Part shown: piece by piece, positions 28,263-38,196 of the stretch
How positions within the stretch are numbered: the stretch's first letter is position 1
Layout of the letters: the number at the start of each line of letters is the position of its first letter
Source of the DNA: Anaerolineae bacterium
Lineage (GTDB): Bacteria > Chloroflexota > Anaerolineae > 4572-78 > NAK82
DNA length: 64,000 nucleotides
Direction: 5' to 3'
NCBI GenBank assembly: GCA_034412795.1
Contig: DAOUMD010000016.1
Span: forward strand, 178 to 64,177
Translations under genes and position numbers: made by a program
Notes under the pieces: generated by a model
What the model was told of the DNA's origin: nothing
Databases searched by the model: none
What the model saw: the letters and a program-made list of their open reading frames with translations, nothing else

Positions 28263-29184
28263 TGTCGCTCCTGAGTCGCTGGGGCGCACACTCATTCATG
28301 AGCACCTATGCGTTGATTGGGGCGAGATGCTGGGCCGCCCGAAGGTGCTTGATTTTGATTACGATGAAATGGTTGACCGCATGGTTGCCAAGCTGGAAGC
28401 GCTCTACCAGGCTGGCATTGGAGCGATGGTCGAATGTACCCCGATTGGATGTGGGCGCTATGTCGACCTGTTCAAGGACGTCGCCAGACGTAGCCCGGTC
28501 AAGATTATCGCCTGCACCGGCTTCTTCCACGAGTCGTGGTGTCCTATGCATCCCATTGGGCAAGCTCTGGATATCGACGCCCTGACTGATCTCTTCGTCC
28601 GCGAAGTCACCGAAGGTATGGGCGACACTTTGATCAAAGCCGGGATCATAAAATGTGCCACGGGCGAAGGGCGTATCTCTCCCAAGGAGGAGCAAGTTCT
28701 GCGCGCCTGCGCCAGGGCGCACAAAGCCACCGGTTTTCCGGTCATTACCCATACCACCAACGGCATGGGGCTGGAACAGCTTGATCTTTTTGAGAGTGAG
28801 GGAGTCCCGCCCGAGGAAGTGATTGTAAGTCACATCGGTTTTGAAGAAGATCCGCTAGATTACTCGGAGCGCATGCTCAGACGGGGGGCCAACATCAGCT
28901 TTGATCGGATTGGGATGCACACTTTCTTTGACGACGAACATTGGGTCACCATCGTGGGCAATGCGATTCGCAAGGGTTACGTCGATCAAATCATGCTGAG
29001 CCACGATGCGGCTGTCTTTGCTTATGGACTCGACGCGACCTCTGACGAGAATGTGTTTGATGACTACGCCTATATTCCCCGTGTGTTCTTGCCCAGGCTT
29101 CAGGAAGAGGCTGGCGTTACCGATGAGCAGATCAGCATCATCATGGAGCGTAATCCACAGCGTGTCTTGACTGTTGGTAAGTGA
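28231..29184 (+). CDS. phosphotriesterase (PTE/Php) family protein
   Basis: GRTLIHEHL metal motif near the N-terminus; 317 aa. Confidence 0.8.
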   Translation: MEHKVRTLIGDVAPESLGRTLIHEHLCVDWGEMLGRPKVLDFDYDEMVDRMVAKLEALYQAGIGAMVECTPIGCGRYVDLFKDVARRSPVKIIACTGFFHESWCPMHPIGQALDIDALTDLFVREVTEGMGDTLIKAGIIKCATGEGRISPKEEQVLRACARAHKATGFPVITHTTNGMGLEQLDLFESEGVPPEEVIVSHIGFEEDPLDYSERMLRRGANISFDRIGMHTFFDDEHWVTIVGNAIRKGYVDQIMLSHDAAVFAYGLDATSDENVFDDYAYIPRVFLPRLQEEAGVTDEQISIIMERNPQRVLTVGK

Positions 29185-29222
29185 ATCGGTGGAAGTAAGA
29201 CAGGTCGGGAAGAGAGGGCAAG

Positions 29223-29489
29223 GTGATGCGCCTGAAGCTGGCTTATAGCCGTGAGGAGTTCTGGATTGAATTTCCTGAAGGTGCATCCGTAAATGTCGCC
29301 CAGGCGCTCCAATCCGTGAAGGAAAAACGCCCCGCTGTTTATCAACGTTGGTGTGATGGCGAAGGCCAACTGCGTGCTTCTCTGGCTGTGTTTGTCAACC
29401 GCGAACACGTGCGTTATCACAAAGGCATGGACACCGAGCTGAATGATGGTGATGAGGTATACGTCATACCCATGGTTGCTGGAGGGTAG
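29223..29489 (+). CDS. MoaD/ThiS family ubiquitin-like sulfur-carrier protein
   Basis: 88 aa ending in Gly-Gly (VIPMVAGG). Confidence 0.6.
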   Translation: MMRLKLAYSREEFWIEFPEGASVNVAQALQSVKEKRPAVYQRWCDGEGQLRASLAVFVNREHVRYHKGMDTELNDGDEVYVIPMVAGG

Positions 29490-29526
29490 TACATCTCAGC
29501 GTAAATAGGTCCATAGTTATTTGCTC

Positions 29527-29555
29527 GCCAGGGATTGGCAAATCCCGGCCTTTTG
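29527..29555 (+). terminator. short hairpin plus T-run after the MoaD-like gene
   Basis: GCCAGGGATT-GGCA-AATCCCGGC followed by CTTTTG. Confidence 0.4.
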
Positions 29556-29708
29556 CGCCTAAATCGGGGATTATATGTTGGGACATTTGTCCGCTACCCC
29601 ATATCTAGGGGTAGGGGAGAGGTTATGGATCGATAGAAGTAGAAGTCAAGAGCTGATTTATGATTCGCAGATATTATCAAATACAAGCGAAGACTAAGGA
29701 GGGAGAAA

Positions 29709-31571
29709 ATGCCTCGCGGTTACATGGGTAAGCTTCTTAATATCAACCTCACGACTGGCAGCATTGAAGAAGAGTCTCTGGATGAAGGGCTTTGCCGGGA
29801 TTACATTGGCGGCTATGGTTTGGGAGCGAAGCTTCTTTACGGCCGCATACCGGTCGGTGCTGATCCTCTGGGGCCTTACAACATCTTGGCCCTGTTGACA
29901 GGCCCTCTGACGGGCACACCGGCTGTCATCGGTTCGCGCTTCACGGCGATGGCCAAGTCACCCAAGACGTCCGGCGGTATAGGTGATGCAAACTGCGGGG
30001 GCTATTTTGGACCCCATCTCAAATTCGCCGGTTTCGATGGGGTGATGTTTGGTGGTGTTGCCCCCAAACTGGTCTATTTGCTCATTGATGAGGGTAAAGC
30101 TGAGCTACTGGATGCCGGTGACCTCTGCGGGATGGGTGTCACACTCCTGGAAGATACCCTGAAGGAACGCCATGGCAAAGAGGTCGAGATCTGCTCCATC
30201 GGCCCGGCGGGGGAGATGATGGCCTTGACCGCCGCCATCATGAACGACAAGGAGCGCGCGGCCGGTCGCTCCGGGTTGGCCGCGGTGATGGGCTCCAAGA
30301 ATCTCAAAGCCGTTGTGGTCAAGGGCAAGATGAAAGTGCCCATACACGACGAGAAGGGTCTTCGGGCGCTGCGCAAGGGTCTCCTCAAGGAAGCTGCTGG
30401 CATGTATGACATTCTTCACGACCAGGGCACGGCTGGCATTACTTATGATAGTGCCCTGAGTGGCGATTCGCCGGTAAAGAACTGGGGTGGTGCTGGAACG
30501 CTAGATTTTCCCTCCGAGCGCGCCGCAAAGATCAACGGCTCGGCTATTGTTGATCTGGAAGGGTACAAACCCTATGCCTGCTGGGGATGCCCCATCGCTT
30601 GCGGGGGGAAGATGAAACAAACCGGTGGAGAGTTTCCTCTGGAGCTAAACGGTGGGGTCGGTCACAAGCCGGAGTATGAGACCCTCGCCATGTTCGGCAC
30701 GAACCTCTTGAACGACGATCTCGAATCCATCGTCAGGCTCAATGAGATTTGCAATGATCTTGGGCTGGATACGATTTCGGTCGGGGCGACCATCGGCTAC
30801 GTCATCGAGTGCTACGAGAATGGCTTGCTCAGCAAGGAAGACACCGATGGTCTGGAGATGACCTGGGGGAACACCGAGGCGATCGTGGCCATGACCGAGA
30901 AGATCGGGAGGCGCGAAGGCTTTGGCGATGTATTGGCCGACGGCATCAGGGTCGCCTGGGAGAGACTGGACCAGATCGGCACCGAGTATGCGGTCCACGT
31001 TGACGGTGAGGAAGTGCCGGCCCACGATCCGAAGTTCACGCCTGGACTGGCAACCACCTATTTATTGGCTCCTACCCCGGGTCGCCATACCCAAGGCGGG
31101 GAGTTGCTTGGGCCAGTTGGCATAGAGTTGCCTGAGAAGGACAAGTACCAGTACTCTGGCTGGGCCGAGACTCACCACATGCTTGTATCAGTTATGGAGG
31201 TTTGCAACGCTGCGGGTCTGTGTATGTTTGGCTACCTGAGTTATCCTATCCAGGCCATCCCAGAACAGCTTACGGCCGTCACCGGCTGGGGTTACGACAT
31301 GGACGAAATGTTCAAGACAGGCATGCGGATCTTCACTATGCGTCACGTTTTCAACTTGCGCGAGGGGATCAACCCCTTGAAGCGCAACGTGCCAGGCCGG
31401 ATGATCGGCGACCCGCCCCTCACCGAAGGCAACGTCAAAGATGTGACCGTAGATCACCAGACTTTGGCTGGGGAATTCCTCGAACGCGTGGGCTGGGATA
31501 CTGAAACGACTGTGCCCAGTGAGCAGGCCCTGCGCGAATTGGGGATGGAATTTTTGATAGCGGGGAATTGA
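29709..31571 (+). CDS. aldehyde:ferredoxin oxidoreductase (tungstopterin AOR family)
   Basis: 620 aa with AOR N- and C-domain architecture, cluster-binding Cys motif YACWGCPIACGG, RBS AAGGAGGGAG. Confidence 0.85.
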   Translation: MPRGYMGKLLNINLTTGSIEEESLDEGLCRDYIGGYGLGAKLLYGRIPVGADPLGPYNILALLTGPLTGTPAVIGSRFTAMAKSPKTSGGIGDANCGGYFGPHLKFAGFDGVMFGGVAPKLVYLLIDEGKAELLDAGDLCGMGVTLLEDTLKERHGKEVEICSIGPAGEMMALTAAIMNDKERAAGRSGLAAVMGSKNLKAVVVKGKMKVPIHDEKGLRALRKGLLKEAAGMYDILHDQGTAGITYDSALSGDSPVKNWGGAGTLDFPSERAAKINGSAIVDLEGYKPYACWGCPIACGGKMKQTGGEFPLELNGGVGHKPEYETLAMFGTNLLNDDLESIVRLNEICNDLGLDTISVGATIGYVIECYENGLLSKEDTDGLEMTWGNTEAIVAMTEKIGRREGFGDVLADGIRVAWERLDQIGTEYAVHVDGEEVPAHDPKFTPGLATTYLLAPTPGRHTQGGELLGPVGIELPEKDKYQYSGWAETHHMLVSVMEVCNAAGLCMFGYLSYPIQAIPEQLTAVTGWGYDMDEMFKTGMRIFTMRHVFNLREGINPLKRNVPGRMIGDPPLTEGNVKDVTVDHQTLAGEFLERVGWDTETTVPSEQALRELGMEFLIAGN

Positions 31572-31581
31572 GGGGAATTGA

Positions 31582-32349
31582 ATGGAGATTAACCTGAGTG
31601 GAAAAAAAGCAATCGTAGCTGGGGGCGGCGGCGCAATTGGCTTCGCGATTGCGAAGGGACTGAGCACGGCGGGCGCGGCGGTCACGGTTTTCGACCTCAA
31701 CCTGGAGGGGTTGAAGGGGCAGTCCGAGGTGACAGGCAGGTTGGTCGATCTCACGTCCGTCGAAGCAATTCGCGAGGCGGTAGACGATGTCGGGGGCTCT
31801 GACGGAATCGACGTGATGGTCAATTCTGCCGGCATCAACCCGGCGATATCCGTGGAGGAGATGACAGAGACAGACTGGGACCGGGTGCTCGCTGTCAACC
31901 TGAAGAGCTGCTTCTTTCTGACTCAGTCTGTTCAGCCTCATATGCGCTTGAGGGGCGGCGGCGCCATTATCCTGGTCTCAAGCTGTTCGGCTGCGCTCGG
32001 TTATCCCGGCCTGTCTGCTTACGGAGCCTCAAAAGCCGGCATTGAAGGCCTGGTCCGCGGGCTTGCCTGCGACTTGGCCCCGGACAACATAAGAGTCAAC
32101 GCTATCGCTCCGGGTACGACAAAGACGCCGATGACGCGCGGCCTCTGGGAGGACGCGCAAAAGTGCGCAGCACATGAGGCGACTATCCCATTGAAGCGTT
32201 TGGGCGACGTCAACGATAACGCTATGGCTGCCCTCTTCCTTGCCTGCGATCTCTCTTCCTATATCACAGGCGCGGTCATCCCGGTCGACGGCGGGCTCAC
32301 CGCGATGCAGCAGGACTTTATCGACCTGAGAATGAGAGGATGGACGTGA
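31582..32349 (+). CDS. SDR family oxidoreductase
   Basis: Glycine-rich dinucleotide loop VAGGGGAIG and catalytic YGASK. Confidence 0.85.
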   Translation: MEINLSGKKAIVAGGGGAIGFAIAKGLSTAGAAVTVFDLNLEGLKGQSEVTGRLVDLTSVEAIREAVDDVGGSDGIDVMVNSAGINPAISVEEMTETDWDRVLAVNLKSCFFLTQSVQPHMRLRGGGAIILVSSCSAALGYPGLSAYGASKAGIEGLVRGLACDLAPDNIRVNAIAPGTTKTPMTRGLWEDAQKCAAHEATIPLKRLGDVNDNAMAALFLACDLSSYITGAVIPVDGGLTAMQQDFIDLRMRGWT

Positions 32350-33119
32350 GAACGGGTAAACTCAGCGGCAAAGTTGCGATCGTAACCGGTTCCACGAGCG
32401 GTATGGGAAAGGGTATCGCCGAATGCTTTGCAAGAGAAGGTGCGGCGGTTGTCGTAAACGGTCGCAACCAACAGCGGGGAAACGAAGTGGTCGTTGGCAT
32501 ACGTGATGCGGGAGGACGCGCTGTCTTTGTAAGGGGTGACGTCAGCGAGTTTGAGGGTAATCAACTACTTGTGAACGCGGCAATCGAAACATTTGGCGGC
32601 CTCGACATCGTCGTCCCAAATGCAGGCATGCTTGGCAACGGCAGCGTCACCGAGTTATCTGTGGAGACTTGGCACAAAGCGATTGATACCAACCTCAGTG
32701 CAGTTTTTTATCTCATCAAGCTCGGCATCCCTGAGATGCAGAAACGGGGGGGCGGCGTGATCCTTGTCAACGGTTCTATCGCGGCCTGGAAGGAGTTCCC
32801 CAATCACCCCGCCTACTGCGCCAGCAAGGCGGCGCTGGTTGCCCTCGTAAAGCAGGTTGCCCTCGACTACGGCCCGATGGTCAGGGCCAACATCCTTTGT
32901 CCCGGCCAAGTTGACACACCGTTTCTCTGGGAGTCCACCAAGGCTTTTCCTAACCCGGAAGAAATTGTTGCCCAGGTGGTCGAGGAGCATCTCGTCCTGA
33001 AACGCCTCGGTACGCCGGAGGATATCGCCAACGCGGCGCTCTTCCTCGTATCCGACGATGCCTCGTGGATCACGGGTAGCGCACTTGTCATCGACGGCGG
33101 ACGGATACTCGGTGGATAG
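32340..33119 (+). CDS. SDR family oxidoreductase
   Basis: VTGSTSGMGKG and YCASK motifs; overlaps the upstream SDR by 10 nt. Confidence 0.85.
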   Translation: MDVRTGKLSGKVAIVTGSTSGMGKGIAECFAREGAAVVVNGRNQQRGNEVVVGIRDAGGRAVFVRGDVSEFEGNQLLVNAAIETFGGLDIVVPNAGMLGNGSVTELSVETWHKAIDTNLSAVFYLIKLGIPEMQKRGGGVILVNGSIAAWKEFPNHPAYCASKAALVALVKQVALDYGPMVRANILCPGQVDTPFLWESTKAFPNPEEIVAQVVEEHLVLKRLGTPEDIANAALFLVSDDASWITGSALVIDGGRILGG

Positions 33120-33157
33120 GTTGAGGGTGGAAACAAATCCAATGGGGGAAATAGCAC

Positions 33158-34453
33158 ATGGAGTACAAAGCCAAAATTCTTGAACACGTTGAAGCACGAC
33201 GCGATTTTGCCACCGATTTTCTGCGCCAGATGGTCAACTTCGACAGCTCCACGATTGACCACGGCTTCGGTGGACGGGAGCAGGCGATCCAGGAGTGGCT
33301 GGCCGAGCGTCTGGAAGAGTGGGGCTTTGCAACGCACCTCTTCGAGCCCGACAACGCAAAGATGGAGGGCTATCCTGACTTCAGCCGGGGACATGATTAC
33401 ACCAATCGCCCTAACCTGGTGGCTACTTTAAAGGGCGCGGGTAGCGGGCGCTCGCTGATCCTGAACGGCCATGTGGACACCATGCCCCCTGGCGACGAAG
33501 ACAAATGGACCTATAACCCCTGGGGCGGGCAGATCGATGGCGGGGATATGTACGGCCTTGGCGCCTGCGATATGAAGGCCGGTGTGGCTGCCATGATCTT
33601 GGCCGTCCGCTTTCTACAAGAGGCCGGCCTGGAACTCAAAGGAGACGTGATGGTTCAAAGCGTGGTGGACGAAGAAGGCGGCGGTAACGGCACATTGGCC
33701 TGCGTGGTGGAAGGTTACAAGGCCGATGCCGCCATCGTCACCGAGCCAACCCGTCTGCACGTCCAGCCAGCCACCCGCGGGGTGCTCTTGCTGCAAGTGG
33801 ACGTAGAGGGTCAGGCCACCCACGCCTGCCTCAAGTGGGGTGGGATCAACGCCATTGAAAAAGGTATCAAGATCATCCAGGGCATGATCGAATTAGAACG
33901 CCTATGGCTGGCTCAGCGGCGTAATCCGCTTTTCCCGCCGCCGACCATCACTATCGGTCAAATCCAGGGAGGTCTGGCCGGTTCCCAGGTCCCGGGTGAA
34001 TGTGTGCTCAAGTTTGACGTCAAGTACCTGCCGGTTGAAATTGGCGACCATGGCCAGGAGATGAAGGTTACTGGTGAAATGGTTAAGGAAGAGGTACAGG
34101 ACTGGATTTACACCCTGTGCTCGGGCGATCCTTGGTTACGTAGTCACCTGCCCAAACTGGCTTGGTACCAGCACTGCATTCCACATTATCTCGACCCGCA
34201 ACATGCTTTAGTGCATACGATGCGTGATAACGCCCAGAATGTAGTTGGGCGAGGTATCATCTCTGGCTTCCCGGCTGGCTGTGATGCTCGACACCTCCAT
34301 AACGTGGCTGGCATCCCCACCCTGGTGTTTGGACCAGGTGACTTGGGTTATGCGCACAGTATCGATGAACGTGTTAATGTGGAGGAGTACATCCAGGCCA
34401 TCAAGATCTTGGCCTTGACCATTTACGAGTGGACATCCCAGGATCACTCATAG
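33158..34453 (+). CDS. M20 family metallopeptidase (ArgE/DapE/CPG2-like deacylase)
   Basis: LNGHVDTMP, CDMKAG and VDEEGGGNG metal-ligand motifs. Confidence 0.8.
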   Translation: MEYKAKILEHVEARRDFATDFLRQMVNFDSSTIDHGFGGREQAIQEWLAERLEEWGFATHLFEPDNAKMEGYPDFSRGHDYTNRPNLVATLKGAGSGRSLILNGHVDTMPPGDEDKWTYNPWGGQIDGGDMYGLGACDMKAGVAAMILAVRFLQEAGLELKGDVMVQSVVDEEGGGNGTLACVVEGYKADAAIVTEPTRLHVQPATRGVLLLQVDVEGQATHACLKWGGINAIEKGIKIIQGMIELERLWLAQRRNPLFPPPTITIGQIQGGLAGSQVPGECVLKFDVKYLPVEIGDHGQEMKVTGEMVKEEVQDWIYTLCSGDPWLRSHLPKLAWYQHCIPHYLDPQHALVHTMRDNAQNVVGRGIISGFPAGCDARHLHNVAGIPTLVFGPGDLGYAHSIDERVNVEEYIQAIKILALTIYEWTSQDHS

Positions 34454-34558
34454 AAATCAGTCGTTACCACTCAGCCGCTCCCGATGGACGATAGCCTGCA
34501 CCTATGGTGGGACAGGTGTCCAGCGGCGGTAGCGAGCAGTCATTGAAAGGAGCATAAC

Positions 34559-35719
34559 ATGATCACCGAGATTCCAAAGTCGGAGTTTCAAGAGAGAGCC
34601 AGGCGCGTGCAAGCCGAGTTGGCCAAGCGTGGGCTGGATGCGCTGCTCACCTTTGGCAACGAAGCAGAACCCGCGTTCGTACGTTATCTGTGTGATTACT
34701 GGCCCGCCTTCGAGACGGCCGGTGTGTTGGTTCCCGTCGAGGGTGCCCCGCTATTGCTCATCGGCCCGGAGAGTCTGGCCTATGCCCAGAGCAGAAGCAA
34801 GATTGATGAGATACGGCAGATCCTCGAATATCGCGAAGCTGCCGAACCGGAGTACCCCGGCAAAGCTCTGGATACGTTTACCAGCGTCTTTGATGAGGTG
34901 TCGCAGGGCAAGGGTATTAAGCGGCTGGGCATAGTCGGTTATCCGGTCACTAGCGTGCCTGTCTATGAAGGGATACGTGCCGCGATGGCCGGTGGCGAAA
35001 TCGTGAGGGCTGACGACATCTTGATTGAATTGCGCATGGTGAAAAGCGAGAATGAGTTAGCTCTGTTACGCGAGGCCTTCCGCATCTCTGAACAGGCTAT
35101 GGAGGCCGTGCTGAAGGACATCAAGCCCGGTATGGCTGAGGTCCAGGTGGTTGGAATTGCCCAGGAAGCCCTGTACCGGCTGGGAGCAGAATACGAAGGG
35201 CATCCTCTGTATGTCCTCTCGGGTCGCAACAGCGCCAACGCCATCGGACGACCGACTCACAAGAAGCTGGAGGTAGGGGAGATCATCCAGCTCAACATCG
35301 GCGCGCGGGTGGGTGGCTATTCCTCGAGTGTTGGGCGCCCCATTGTCCTGGGCCATATGCCTGAGGAGGAAGGCAAGTTATTGCAGATGGGGTTGGATGC
35401 CGCCAACAAGACCATAGACATCATGCGCGCCGGGATGCCTGCCCGTGATGTGGCCCTGACCATCGAGGAGTATATCACCGAGCGTGGCTTCGGAGACTGC
35501 ATTCTCTATGGGCCGTGCCACGGACTTGGCTTGATGGAATGCGAGCATCCCTGGATCGAGACCAATTCGGACTACCTGCTCCAGGAAAATTATACCTTCC
35601 AGGTGGACTCCTTCCTGCATATGCAGGAATATGGTGCACGCTGGGAGGATGGTGTGCGGGTGACCAGGGATGGGGTGGAGGAGTTTTCTACCTATCGCCG
35701 CGAACTCATCGTTGTCTAA
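34559..35719 (+). CDS. M24 family peptidase (Xaa-Pro aminopeptidase/creatinase-like)
   Basis: Creatinase-type N-domain plus a pita-bread C-domain; 386 aa. Confidence 0.8.
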   Translation: MITEIPKSEFQERARRVQAELAKRGLDALLTFGNEAEPAFVRYLCDYWPAFETAGVLVPVEGAPLLLIGPESLAYAQSRSKIDEIRQILEYREAAEPEYPGKALDTFTSVFDEVSQGKGIKRLGIVGYPVTSVPVYEGIRAAMAGGEIVRADDILIELRMVKSENELALLREAFRISEQAMEAVLKDIKPGMAEVQVVGIAQEALYRLGAEYEGHPLYVLSGRNSANAIGRPTHKKLEVGEIIQLNIGARVGGYSSSVGRPIVLGHMPEEEGKLLQMGLDAANKTIDIMRAGMPARDVALTIEEYITERGFGDCILYGPCHGLGLMECEHPWIETNSDYLLQENYTFQVDSFLHMQEYGARWEDGVRVTRDGVEEFSTYRRELIVV

Positions 35720-35746
35720 CCAGGTGCTTATTAGTTGACATAAATA

Positions 35747-36793
35747 ATGATGAATCAACGTGAAAGAGTGTTAACGGCGCTCCGCCACAAGCAGCCGGAT
35801 AAAGTCCCCTGGGCTTTTGAGTTCACCGACCAGGCGTTGGCCAGGCTGGCCGATCACTACGGCGACCCACGCCTGGTCGACGTTGAGTTTTTCGACAACT
35901 GGGTGGGTAATCACTTCCGTTTTGTTGAGCCGCGAGCGAAGGGTCTGTTCCACGGGCTGGAGGAGGAAGTGGAGCCCGGTCTCTGGCGCGACGGGTGGGG
36001 CGTGATCTGGGATACGCGCGGCTTGTATGGGGAAGGGGAGTGGGGGCGGCCGGTCAATACCGTTCTTCCCCAGCCAACCCTGGCCCATTATACGTTCCCT
36101 GACCCTCCCTGCCCCGAAGATTTTGCGCACTATCCACGCTTTGTCGGGGAGAACCGAGAGTACTTCATCGTAGGCTTCGAGGGACATCTCTTCGAGGTCG
36201 CCTGGGCATTGCGAGGCATAGAGGATTTCTTGAGTGACCTGATCTTGAACCCAGGCTTCGTGTTCGACCTGCTGGAGGGCATAACCGAGTATTACCTGGC
36301 TCTCATCGACCAATCGGTGAAGTATGGCATAGATGCCTTCGCCTTCGGTGAGGATTTGGGTTCCCAGACGACGGGCCTAATTATGGGGCCCAAGCACTGG
36401 CGGCGATTTTTCAAGCCTTTTATGGCGCGCATGTTCGACCGGGTCAAAGAGGCGGGGAAGTTTGTCTACATGCACTCCGATGGTCAGATCGACGATATAT
36501 TTGAGGACTTCGTCGAGATCGGGCTGGATATTTACAATCCCTTCCAGCCGGAGATCCGGGACGTCTACGAGGTTAAACGAAAATACGGCGACCAGCTCTG
36601 TTTCCACGGCGGGGTTGGTATTCAAGAACTCTTGCCCCACAGCACCCCCCAGCAGGTAAAGGCTGAGGTTCAGCGCTTGATCAGGGAAGTGGGGGCGGGT
36701 GGGGGCTACATCTTAGGGCCTTCCCATGCCGTTATGGCCGACATACCGGTGGAGAACATCGTAGCGATGGTCGAAGCGGTACAGGACCAGTAA
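35747..36793 (+). CDS. URO-D/MtaA-like family protein
   Basis: N-terminal RERVLTALRHKQPDKVP and C-terminal GGGYILGPSHAV motifs. Confidence 0.75.
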   Translation: MMNQRERVLTALRHKQPDKVPWAFEFTDQALARLADHYGDPRLVDVEFFDNWVGNHFRFVEPRAKGLFHGLEEEVEPGLWRDGWGVIWDTRGLYGEGEWGRPVNTVLPQPTLAHYTFPDPPCPEDFAHYPRFVGENREYFIVGFEGHLFEVAWALRGIEDFLSDLILNPGFVFDLLEGITEYYLALIDQSVKYGIDAFAFGEDLGSQTTGLIMGPKHWRRFFKPFMARMFDRVKEAGKFVYMHSDGQIDDIFEDFVEIGLDIYNPFQPEIRDVYEVKRKYGDQLCFHGGVGIQELLPHSTPQQVKAEVQRLIREVGAGGGYILGPSHAVMADIPVENIVAMVEAVQDQ

Positions 36794-36815
36794 TAGTCTC
36801 ACAAGGAGAGAAAGC

Positions 36816-37033
36816 GTGCCGTTCACCCCCAGGTCCCGGATACAAGCGGTTTTGCGAGGCGAAGACGCTGATCGCGTTCCGTTCAGCATATAAGGATATT
36901 GTCCGAAGCCGCCCCAGGGGATCGCTTCCTGATGGGTGTGACAGAAGATATTCCTGAGGATGTCCGCCACTCTAGCCTGAGCGTCATCTTGCAGACTATA
37001 TCGGAGCACGGTACCCTGCCTATTCAGATTTAG
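36816..37033 (+). pseudogene. remnant of a URO-D-like gene (N-terminal 25 codons, then frameshifted C-terminal fragment)
   Basis: RBS AAGGAGAG plus GTG gives VPFTPRSRIQAVLRGEDADRVPFSI-stop, matching the paralogue N-terminal signature. Another frame continues ...DRFLMGVTEDIPEDV...HGTLPIQI-stop. Confidence 0.4.
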
Positions 37034-37086
37034 CATTGTGTATTGACCTGATACGGAGACTTGCTTTGAAGGGAGCACATCGCACT

Positions 37087-38196
37087 ATGTCTTTCCCACT
37101 CAGCTATAAACCCGATGGTTATGATGTCTTGGAGCGATTGCGGCGTCTGTATGAGGAGCGCGATCAAAGCATTATCTTGGCTTCTATGGAATTACCCGGC
37201 GCTGTCCTTAAGGAGATGCTCGTAACGCATCCGGCTGGATTTTGCGAATACCCGGACCCGCGCGAGCGGGCACAGTTCTGGGATGCCCGCTTTCGCGAAA
37301 AGCTGGGCGTTCGTGACGACTCCATCCCCAGTGCCTATATGAGTGAGATGGACCAGGGGCTGTACGGTGGCCTCGTCGGGGGCAAGGTGCGTTTCCTGTC
37401 CGACCCGGACTCTGGATGGATCTCTTCGATGGTTAAACCCATATTGGAGGATTGGTCAGAGTTTGACCAACTGGCCCCATTTGACCCCGACGACCCGGAA
37501 AATGAATGGCTGGCTCGCTATGTGCACCAGTTGGACATCTTCTTGGAGGAGGCACGCAGGAAATGGAGCGTTAGCCATTTCATTCTGATCGATGGCCTCA
37601 ACTTTGGTTATGAACTGAGAGGGGCCACAGAGACCTATTACGGCGTGATGGATCAGCCCGAGATCATTAAGCGTGTGATCGACTATGCATTTGACTTGAA
37701 CGTCAAAGTTCAGAACATATTCTTTGACCGCGTGTCGCTTCTGGAAGGTGGCACGTGCAGCAACTTCGCCGAGTGGATACCCGGCGGTCGAATTGTGTCG
37801 GAAAGTATCGATCCTTTCCACATGACATCGGTCGACTATTTCGAAGAGTGGGGAAGAGAGCCCGCCGAGCGAATGTTTGCCGCGTTCGATGGTGGGGTGA
37901 TCCACGTCCACGGCAATGGTCGCCACCTGCTGCGGGCTGCTTCCACGCTCAAGGGCTTGAGGGCTATTCTGTTGGGAGATGATACGGGGTTCCCCCCTGC
38001 CTATGAGATCCTGGATCAGGTCAGGGAACAGACCGGTGACGTGCCACTTATCGTCTTTGGTGTGGAGTATGGAGAGTTCTGCCAGGCCTTGGCAGAGCAC
38101 CGGCTGGTGGGGGGCGTTTTCTATCACGTCAAGGACGTCCCGGACGTGGACTCTGCCAATCGCTGCATGGATCAAGTACGGAAGTATAGACTGTGA
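37087..38196 (+). CDS. hypothetical protein, possibly a divergent URO-D-like TIM barrel
   Basis: 369 aa. IHVHGNGRHLL resembles the MHICGN segment of the URO-D-like paralogues. The 3' end overlaps the next gene (GTGA). Confidence 0.5.
   Translation: MSFPLSYKPDGYDVLERLRRLYEERDQSIILASMELPGAVLKEMLVTHPAGFCEYPDPRERAQFWDARFREKLGVRDDSIPSAYMSEMDQGLYGGLVGGKVRFLSDPDSGWISSMVKPILEDWSEFDQLAPFDPDDPENEWLARYVHQLDIFLEEARRKWSVSHFILIDGLNFGYELRGATETYYGVMDQPEIIKRVIDYAFDLNVKVQNIFFDRVSLLEGGTCSNFAEWIPGGRIVSESIDPFHMTSVDYFEEWGREPAERMFAAFDGGVIHVHGNGRHLLRAASTLKGLRAILLGDDTGFPPAYEILDQVREQTGDVPLIVFGVEYGEFCQALAEHRLVGGVFYHVKDVPDVDSANRCMDQVRKYRL

Noticed and set aside
29490-29708. Moco/Wco riboswitch in the leader of the AOR gene
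   Set aside because: I could not find the conserved motif blocks I remember for that RNA; only generic small hairpins are present.
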